A stretch of DNA of 64,000 bases. Source: Trichoplax adhaerens (Eukaryota > Animalia > Placozoa). Positions 51,928 through 64,000 of this stretch are shown here, one piece after another (position 1 is the first letter of the stretch; every line of letters begins with the position of its first letter). The position numbers and the translations under genes are program-made. Under the pieces are notes generated by a model. That model was given only the letters and a program-made list of their open reading frames with translations, was not told the DNA's origin and searched no databases. The stretch covers positions 1,354,452 through 1,418,451 of the forward strand of contig NW_002060952.1 in the NCBI RefSeq assembly GCF_000150275.1, given 5' to 3'.

Positions 51928-53866
51928 CTAGGAGAACTTGAAAATGTATGGAATGCGTATATCTATATATTTATTATAATTTCCAGTTGTTTAGTCATGA
52001 TTGATTTATGTGTATACTGGTTGAAGTGTTTTAAAGAAACAAGCGATGCCAATCTGATTTATGCTGTATGATGGTTGGTAACAGCTTTGTGATTTAACTG
52101 CTTTATGAGAAGATGTAAACGATTTCTCGTCGTAGATGCATTCGCATTATGTACAGGAAATTATTATAGATCAATTTTGGGGGATTGTAATCGCTTTGAT
52201 GTAATGCCACACTACAGTATTAAGTTTCACCTTTTAATCCTTCATAAGACATCATGATAACGATAATAACAATTAAATTTAAACTCTTTTACTCTTTACT
52301 TGACTGGTGACAACAAAACTGTGTGTTTGATATGCTGTATTTTTTCCAGTCTATAATTTATTGACTAGCTGAATATTGCAAAGCTAGTAGAATGATATAT
52401 CAAAAGAAAATAACATCAATCAATTACTGATACTGTAATTATGATATTCCCTTAACCTGCTTTTCACGGTTGTAATTTACTGTCTTACAATTTGTTATTG
52501 CTTTGAATTTTGTGCAGTACAATAATAAAATTAAATTTTATGAATGATTTTAGCTTCATTACTGCGAGAGCACTTGAAGAGTATTGCTATTCTTATGATA
52601 TTGATTGATCCACTTTTCAAGTATTCGAAGTGATCTACTGCATCGCAGTAGTCCAATTCTTATCTCTTAAGTCAAGAAATAGCCAGATCACGTCTATGCT
52701 ACTCTGTTTTTAGCCCTTTCATAAGTGATTTTAATCGATTCCACATGGGAACTACTATGTAGATGTAGCATGGTAGGATTGTTCATTCCTGTACGATTGT
52801 TGACTGAGAATAAATAAATTACAGTATCATCGCTGATATATGGAAATATATGGATCGATTCAGAAAATGCTTTCAATACCCTCTAGAAGCAATAATAATG
52901 CCTTCCTTATGGTTATTTCGGTTGGGAATGTGGTTCAAACAGTCAAGGGCATAAATTATCCGTTGTTAAAACGACAAGTTGTAACGATAGATCCCAGTTC
53001 AGCAGCTATTTTTAGCTATAGTGAAGTAAATAGTCAAGAGAGTTCTCTTCGAGCTATTTCTGGTTGCCATTATACGTTTATAGAAGTTCATGGTGTTGTC
53101 CTATTTCCTAGAAGCAAAACTATGCTGTAGTAAGTTAGTATCCAACGCAAGAGGAGACATACAGCCCGTATAAGGATCCAGACAGATATCATCCATGTCC
53201 ATGTGATGTCTTATGATACGGTAGGATATCACCAAGAAAGAGCTATACCTTATGAAATATACATATATCAAGAATGATCTTACAAGTATGGAGAGCATAA
53301 GGTAGGCTAAGACTATTGTACAATTAGATAATGTCGATTTCTTGGCAAGTGCCCTAAAACAGGAAGCGAATGCTTATTGTACAGTACGTGGATGTCTTAT
53401 AAATCACTTTTAAATCGATTGCTAATTGAACACCCCTGCTAAATATCCTTCTTGGATTACTGTCATAGGCCTGAGTGAATATTATTCTATCCATTTTGTT
53501 TGCAAAAACGCTCTATCGTATGCTATGCAGCCTGTAATAATATGATAGAAGTAAAATCAGCAAACACATTTATTGGTGTATTTGCATTTCGTGGACGTCT
53601 GTCTGTACGTCGAAAATGAGAAGGTTTTCATGGAATTTTCTGCTTCTTGAACACTACTTCATTCGAGATTCTGTACCCGTATAACGTTGCTCTGCTTAAG
53701 TTCAAAGCAGCAATCTACCGTACTGTACTTAAGGATTTCAAATTGTAGTATACTGTAATTATATACTGTCAGCAACTGGATAAATGAACAGTTGAACAAG
53801 ATTAAAAGCATTTACCGATTGACTGTGAGCCCTTGATCTTCCAACAAGAAAGCAATCTCAGCAAAA

Positions 53867-56575
53867 ATGGTGGTCAATGTTAGACAATCTGCAGAGCTAG
53901 TATGTAAGCTTGCAAAACATGTTCAAATCAAGCAAGATGGTATCAAACAAGTCGCTAACATGGTATGTCTTCTTCATTCTATTATGACACTTCGATAGCC
54001 TTCTTACCAATAGTAGCTTAGTAACTAAGCAAAGATGCACAATTTACTGTACTAGTCATTACTAACAGTAGCTAAAACTCGGCAAAGATAGGCAATTGAC
54101 TGCCATCATGCACCAGTTATGACTTATTAGAACTCAGCTCGGCAAAGATACAACATAGACTGCACTAGTTATTGCCAACTGTAGCCTATTAATTCGGTAA
54201 AGGTATAACATTAACTGTACTCCAGTAGTTGTTGCCTACGGTAGCTTAACTAGGCAAAGACAGAATTGACTGCACTAGTTGTTACCTACTGTAGCTTAGC
54301 TCGGCAAAGATATAAAATTAACTGCACTAGTTGTCATCGATTGAACTAGACTAAACCATAGCAGCTATGCTTAACTATGCAAAGATAAAGAATCTCCTTC
54401 TTAACCAAAACTCCATACAAATCCTATTAGACAATGACAAAAAATTTTCCACTTATTACCAACTGTAATTTAAGGAAACATAGATACAGAATTGATTTCA
54501 AGTGCCCAATGCTTTCGTTTTTAAATGATGATAGATTGTGAAAGCACTGCAATCAAATTCCTACAGTATACAGTCTTGGAAACAGCATGATCTCCATCCT
54601 AAAGATATGAACGAAGCAACATTAAATTGGTAAAGCTTAGCAAAGCACTCTACCACATTTCTACCATCAACATTCGAATTATAATTACAATACTAGCGTA
54701 ATAGCAGCATAATATCTTGGTGATTGATTTTCTCCTTGCCTATAGGATACTCGTCCTGGATACGCTAAACTTTTCCTTTTGGACAGAAAATCCACAGAAA
54801 TTTGTCATCCGATATAAAGAAAAAAATTATACTGGGTATTGGTCGCTTGTTGCTGCTATCAATAGAGCACTCGATGTAAGATTGTGAACTGATTGATGCA
54901 TGCTGTATAACGAAGCTCCGTGTTAGCTTGCTTGAATAACTTTTACTTTTTCCCTCGATATTACGTATGTTTTCAAGGAAGGAATACCATTGACTACACC
55001 ACAATTTTATGCCGATATTACCACACAGCAATTTGAAACTATATTTAGATCTGAAACAGATACTAGAATTCCTCTGGTTGAAGCCAGAGTTAAAAATCTT
55101 CGTGAAGTTGGTCGAAAAGTGATTGAGGTAATGAACAATGAACAATTCATTATTACTTACTCTATATACAGTATATGCAAACGTAGCTATTTATGTGGTA
55201 TATTTCTGATTTGAGAATTAACACTGTACAGTATTAGAGAGGAATGGAGTCATCGCTTTTTATTGATAATTGTTTATTCATGGCTTAATATATATATATA
55301 GAAATTCGATGGCTCCTTCGTTAACTGTATAAAGCAGTGCAATCAATCTGCGGAAAAACTACTAGAAAGCATTACCTCAACCTTCGATTGTTTTAATGAT
55401 GTATCCACCTTTCATGACATTCAAGGTTAGAATTGAATGATCATTTTTTATGTGTATGTACATCAACTAATGTGTAACTTGGAATGATTTCTTATTTCGG
55501 TAGTTGGATTTTATAAGCGAGCTCAAATACTCATTGCAGATATTTGGGCTTGCTTTGAGGGACAAGGATTTGGTTACTTTCAAGATATCGAGTACATTAC
55601 CATGTTTGCTGATTATAGGTACGTTGCCACTTAGTACTTCCAACTTAGTTGATGGATACATATTATTTGGATTCTATCTTCATAGGTACGCTGCCACTTA
55701 GTACTTCCAACTTAGTTTATTGATTCATATTATTTAGATTCTATCTTTATTTGCAGATTATAAGTATGTTACCACTTAGTACTTCCAAATTAGTTTATTT
55801 ATACATATTGAGATTGTATCTTCACTTAAGTAGGGTGTTGTTAATAGCTATTACTATCCAATTACTATGCCTACCAGCTAATTCATTGCATTATCATACA
55901 TCTATATCTTTTTTCTTATTGCGATTGCCTTGTTTTCGAAGAATTCCACAGGTTAGCTCACGCCAATTGATTATAAATATTTGGTAAATAATTGATAATT
56001 AAAAATTGGACCTTTGGATAATAATTGAATTACTCTTAGGTTTTGGCTTTTATGAATGTCCTAACATACTCTGATTCATTGATGCAGCATCTGAAAGACG
56101 GTAACTTTGTGTAGTAATGGTATACTTTAGTAAAAATAGCACTTGATTAACTTTGCGCTTTACGTAAAGGAACCGAAATTAAGGCAGGAGATGTTATGGA
56201 GTTAGAAATTCGAGGATCATCTATTTGGGCGGTAGAGGTAAGTGTATAGCCTAATTTCTAGAAGTGCAATAACTGGAAAAGAATGATGACCTAAACAAAT
56301 TTGAACTAGATTATCATTTATCATTTTTAGACTGTATTATAAGTTATAACTATCAAATCCAATCTTACATAAAGCTAAGACGTACTTGTTTTAATGATTT
56401 TTAGCTAATTTATAGAGAAATCAAGTCTCAAATACAAGCCAATGAAGATTTACGACAGCGTGATTTAATAGTTAATTCTATCATCATTGATTTTTATCTA
56501 TGGGATTATTGTAAAGAATATCGATCAGAAATAGATGTTATCCCAATGCATAAAACACGTACTATTTTCTATTAA
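53867..56575 (+). CDS. QNG1: Queuosine salvage protein / Q-nucleotide N-glycosylase (DUF2419, C9orf64), 10 coding exons
   Basis: [12 protein letters not shown]...; WKQHDLHP; [13 protein letters not shown]; [20 protein letters not shown]; IFRSET; [10 protein letters not shown]; [16 protein letters not shown]; ITMFADYR|IPQ|VL; [13 protein letters not shown]; [12 protein letters not shown]; [11 protein letters not shown]. Stop at 56573-56575. Confidence 0.95.
54010..54390. repeat. Degenerate intronic minisatellite, ~7 units of ~52-65 bp
   Basis: Recurring GTAGCTTA..CTCGGCAAAGATA...TTGACTGCACTAGTT in QNG1 intron 1. Confidence 0.85.
55615..55830 (+). repeat. Three ~67-80-bp tandem copies that each include the QNG1 exon 6 5' splice site
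   Basis: TAG|GTACGTTGCCACTTAGTACTTCCAACTTAGTT, then TAGGTACGCTGCCACTTAGTACTTCCAAC, then GATTATAAGTATGTTACCACTTAGTACTTCCAAA. Confidence 0.88.
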
Positions 56576-57970
56576 GTACAATATTATTACGATTTTCACT
56601 GCAGAACGATAGGATAATGCTAAACATCTATGCCAAGTGGAAATAAAAGTTAATTTTTAAACAATATCCAACTCTGAAAGTTTGCGCTATCTCGATCAAT
56701 GACATAATGGGGATACAGTGGTTTACCATAACATTAATACTGTATTACATAATTATATCTGAACTACAGTAAATAATTGTTTTTTTAATAACTAATCTAT
56801 GGATTGCGCAAGAATTCATGACATGCTTAAAACGATGTTATATCATTGCTTTCTGACTAAATGTTTGCCTTTTTCTATGATGTATAAGACTGTGCTATAA
56901 TTTATGATCCCCGCACTTTTGTTAGGCTTGAATTTGTGCCATATTCGTAGTTTTTATAAGGCTAAGATCGGCAAGTAATGTAACTTAGCCAATAATTCCG
57001 CTCTGAAAACTATGATCTAGTAGCTGCATTACTAGATGATATGATTGCGGGCGATCAAGTCATTTTCTTTGTGTTGCATCAGAAGCGAAGTTGTAATTCA
57101 ACTTATTCAAAATTGAAGTTAGATGAAAAACTGCATGACGGAAATGGTCAAAGTGAATATTATAGCGTTATTGTGACACTTTTGTAGTAATTTCTATAGA
57201 CATTACTGTTTCTTCCATAATGATACACTATCAAATTGTATATACAATTGCACAATCAGATAAAAATTATATCCTTAGATAGCTAACCTAGTTTAACATT
57301 AATAACGATAAAACATGGGTAGCTAATACTAGTGATGGCTCACGTCCCTTTAACTGTATCAAATTTTCAGTCTACGATAACGGAAATAAAATCATTACAA
57401 TCCTTGTGCTACGGCTATACGATGATTCAAGCTTTATTGCTTTTTCTTTCCATACAACATAAATCATATCATCAGATGGCTAAAATATAACATACTCCTT
57501 TTATTGTAGTCAATTAAACGTAATCTTGCCGTTAGTGTAGTTTTCGCTATTGATTATACAGTATAACTTAATATTGAAGTCTGTCAACAATGACGGTACG
57601 TCATTATGTTATGAAAGACTTTGCTACAGATGGTGGAACTACGCTGATAATACTAACCATATTGATACTTATTTTTATGAACAAAATGATTACTGTATCA
57701 TTATTAACATCTGGCTAGACTACAGCCTATTAATTAAAGCCCTAAGTTTGCAATCATGCCTACTACAACATAATCATCAATGTTGTTATAAATATCTAAC
57801 AACTAAAATAAATCGATGTAACAAGATACAGTAACTTCATATAATCAATTGAGTCAATAACTATGGTAATGCCATTAATATTAACTACATTAATTTAGCC
57901 CAAATGTCGTTGATTTACGGTAGTAAGTTATTCGTTATAATGATCTACGATATTTCTTTGTGTTGACGAC

Positions 57971-60498
<2,528 letters not shown>

Positions 60499-60639
60499 CT
60501 ATTCAACGTTTTGCGTCCTCTCAACCCAATCAATCAATCAATCAATTAAAATAAGCAGAGACAAGAGTAAAGTAGTGAAGATTCAAGGAAAATATCCACC
60601 AGCAATGAGCCAAAAAGAAGGCCAACCAGTTTAGTAAAA

Positions 60640-61035
60640 TGGCAAAATGGCGTCTCTCGATGCAAGCGGGGAGCTCAACTCAAGTGGCGATCGTGAGTCA
60701 ATGCGATTGACGTGTGAGCAAGTGACGACGTGTGCTGACACTCCAGTAGTCGTACTGTGTCAACCGACGCGTTGCCTTGTGTCAGGGGTCTACAATCTAC
60801 AGTATAGGACGATGTTGATCAGGCGGTGTAAGCATTGAAGACATGGACTGTAAAAGTATGATGTAAATACGCTGATGGAGCATTTTCCGCGGACATGATC
60901 ATGCTATACTGAAGGATAGTATGAAGAGGACTGGATTGTACACCACCTAGTGTCCAGTATGCGTTAGAAAAAAACTACCTCATCTCACCCGCGCCAGAAT
61001 TTTAGCGGGAAGGCCAAGGCGCGTGATTGGTCAAA
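60640..61035. promoter_or_regulatory. CpG-richer upstream region of PCNA with YY1-like, CRE-like, E2F-like and CCAAT motifs
   Basis: CAAAATGGCG (~60643), TGACGT (~60708), GCGCCAGA (~60991), GCGGGAA (61005-61011, i.e. TTCCCGC on the minus strand), GATTGG (~61026). Motif matches only. Confidence 0.4.
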
Positions 61036-61081
61036 TCATGACTTTGACAAAGACATGGGTACTCCCCTTGAAATAGCGCGG

Positions 61082-61850
61082 TGGTGACACGGACATCTGA
61101 CAGACAGACTATACAGGTCCTGTACAGTGTACAGTGTACACTGTACAGTATTGGTCAAAGTGTCGCCAGCATGTTACAAGTGGATTACAGTACTGTACCT
61201 AAGCGACTGAATGAAAAATTTCTAGCCGAAGCCTATCAGAGTGCAAATTACTGTAAATGCCACAGTCCTCATTACTATACAGTACAGTAAACAACTGTAG
61301 CCGTGACAGTACAGTACAGTTCGGACGTCGTGGACTACAGTATTACTACGAGTGTACTGTACACTGTGCACGGAGTACTGGCATCAACGACTAGAAAGCT
61401 TGGAAATTTTGCAGTACAATATCTGTGCTGTAGAGTACACTATCATGCACCTCTCGAACTACTTCAGTTCCAGAGGTTGACGGTACTGTATAGCACTGAA
61501 GTTTAAAGTGTCCTACTCTCCATTTTCGCTGCTGCAAAACGGCGACGAAATGGGCATTCAGAAGTTTCTTTTCCATTATCAACGGATGCTACAGAGGGAC
61601 GGATTGTTCAATCTTCTCCTCCACTTCAGTAAGGAAAAATGTGCATGCTACTTTCCATTTACAGTGTACAGTACTGTGAAAGTGTCACCCAGTTTGGTTT
61701 GCACTCTGGCAGTTCGGAAGACTTTGTACTGTACAGTACACTACAATGGATGGAAAATTGGGGTGACCAGACAGACTTTACAGGCACTGTACAGTACAGT
61801 GTTGGTCAAAGTGTCGCCAGCATGTTACAGCTTTACTCTACTGTATACGA
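61082..61850. repeat. TACAGT-rich field bounded by a dispersed ~70-100-bp duplication
   Basis: GGTGAC..CAGACAGACT(A/T)TACAGG..CTGTACAGT..TTGGTCAAAGTGTCGCCAGCATGTTACA occurs at ~61083-61178 and ~61762-61829. Confidence 0.85.
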
Positions 61851-64000
61851 TTACAAGAAAATGTGTGGAAAATATCCTGATATCACACTTCCAAATCTCA
61901 AATGACTTTCCACCCACCCTCTGTATAGGGGTCTAACCACCATGACCAATGGCCATGACACGCTGGCGTGCAGCATACGGACTCGCGCCGGCGCAGTAAC
62001 GACTCGAGCACATCGGATCGTTGTAACCTCGTTAGCTCACCAACCTCGTCTTCTTCTACTTTACGAATTGAGCTAGAATTGATCAAGCCAAGACAACAGC
62101 AAAATGGAGTCGATAAATCAGTCCATCTTACCCACTACTGTCTACCCACTTATACTGGCGTTTTTACATAAGCAAAAACTTCGTTCTTCCGCCAAATGGT
62201 TTACAAAAGAGACCGGAACGGTTAGTACCAGTTAGTATAGTACTGTACTATCCAATCAACCCAATGTTCGCTTGTTTCATGGAGCGAGAGGTAGGCACGT
62301 TGAGCATCCCACTACTCTATCCATTGAAAGTGAAAATGACAACGGTCCTACAGTACTGTGTAGCAATCATGGACTGCATTCTGTTCATGAAATTGACCAA
62401 CAGAAAATCTCGATCTCATTTGGCTATTCCTTCCATGCAATTCATTCCACTGCTAAGCCAACTAAACTCCTCCTTGATGAGACTACCTACAGTACTGTAG
62501 AATTGGCACATTCCCGGCGTATTGGTAGCACGTCCAATGGGGAACCACCATGTCATGATGCAACAATCCCTTTCGCTGTCATAGTATTCAGTTATCTGCC
62601 AAAAATGAGCGCTACTCCATCACTTGAACCTGTCGTACAGTAGTATACCATTTCCCAATCATCAATCGATCGAGCTTTCAAAACTGAGCTATCTCAGCTT
62701 TTGATCAGCCAAGTTAAAGTTGAACTGCAGTCTCTGAAGTGAGCTTCAAGTAATGAGGTCTTGAAGACCTCTAGAAATGATCCTACTAGTAAAACGTATC
62801 ATTGATATCGATAGACAAGTATTATGGATAGGGATGTCCGCAATGGACGAACCAGCAACATACGTATAATAATAAATTACACATGTTAATAAGAAGAATA
62901 CTAAAAGTCCCACTGGTGGTGGCTACTGCATACTCAATACCAGTTCCTCTCAATACTAGCGTAGTGCGGTAGAGTAGATATGTAAAAAACTGTCAGATCG
63001 TGCGAACGGATAAAATTCGAAGCGTACTACTTGCACAGTGCTATACCACATGCAGTGTTTGTAATTGATTAATGCTTAAATAGAACAGGAATAGCGGTTT
63101 TATTTTACTGTAATTAGCATATATCAACCGAGATAGGGGTCTGAAATGAGATTGGCTCTTGATTTTATCACCATCAACCTTCTTGATTTTGATTCTACAT
63201 TGTGGCTGTACACTCATAAAGTGATATGTTTGACAGCGTTGAATGTACAGCATTTGCAATCCAATCAGGTTAATACGATCTGCAATTATTTTTAATATTT
63301 TATACTAAGCTAGTATTGGTTGAATACCCAAAAGCTTAAATAGCGTTTTGTACAATTTCGAAAATTGATTATTCTTTAGTCATAGCAACATAGATGGACA
63401 CTGATTGAATATGTGCGTTACTGATGTAATAAATAACAAGAATATCCTATAAAATTAGTTACTGTCATATTAATTTAAAATAAATAAATAATAACTTCCT
63501 ATATTCTCGTATTGCAATAGAAAATGCCTGCTGATGATGGTATATCTATCTTAGATATCATCCAGGACTATTACAGGTAGGTCATGTTTTTAATTGGCTG
63601 ATGGATGCTACAGAGTTATTCTACAGTATCATGTAGGTTATTGCTACACTCCTTGCGTATTTACAGTTCCAAGTTATGAAGTGATATTTAGAGCGTCATA
63701 TCAAAAATCCAGTTGCTATTACCTACAAATTGAAAAGAGCATTGCTGTATAAATTTGTGAAAAAACAATTCATAGTGTCAGGCTTCGATAAACTCCTTTC
63801 TTGATGCCCAAAATGTATCTCTTGCAGCAAGACTATTGATTCATGACTACACCGTGTTGAATATACAGTACATAGAAAGGATTGCTTTTTTTTTAGACGA
63901 CAGAAAAGAAAAAGGAATAACGGCAACACTAGACACAGCCAAAGTAAGAAATATCATGGACACTAATTTTTCCTTAAGTCAACAATATTGCCTTTTCTAT

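Overview
AT-rich eukaryotic (early-branching animal) genomic DNA with very compact genes and mostly 60-150 nt introns. The style strongly suggests a placozoan such as Trichoplax, but this is an inference. Seven intact protein-coding genes can be reconstructed by hand-splicing: a GAF-GAF PDE5/6/11-type phosphodiesterase (+), SEC24C/D (-), an intronless PA14-domain B4GALNT3/4-like glycosyltransferase (+), CDP-diacylglycerol synthase CDS1/2 (+), Bicaudal-C (+), the queuosine salvage protein QNG1/C9orf64 (+) and PCNA (-). There are also two weak ankyrin-like coding remnants. The BicC promoter and exons 1-3 occur twice, on either side of a 50-N gap, most likely as two uncollapsed haplotypes. The most unusual non-coding signals are: (i) a palindromic ACAGT/ACTGT (TACAGTACTGTA) simple-sequence system concentrated upstream of genes that visibly expands inside duplicated segments; (ii) a triplicated, hairpin-dense ~290-bp unit directly upstream of the BicC start codon, showing concerted evolution; (iii) 43-45-bp hairpin elements with CA(A/T)GG termini and 7-bp target-site-like repeats, resembling minimal P-superfamily MITEs. 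The window also contains a 10-nt microexon, a GC-AG intron and apparently ancient gene linkages (PDE5-SEC24D, CDS2-PCNA).
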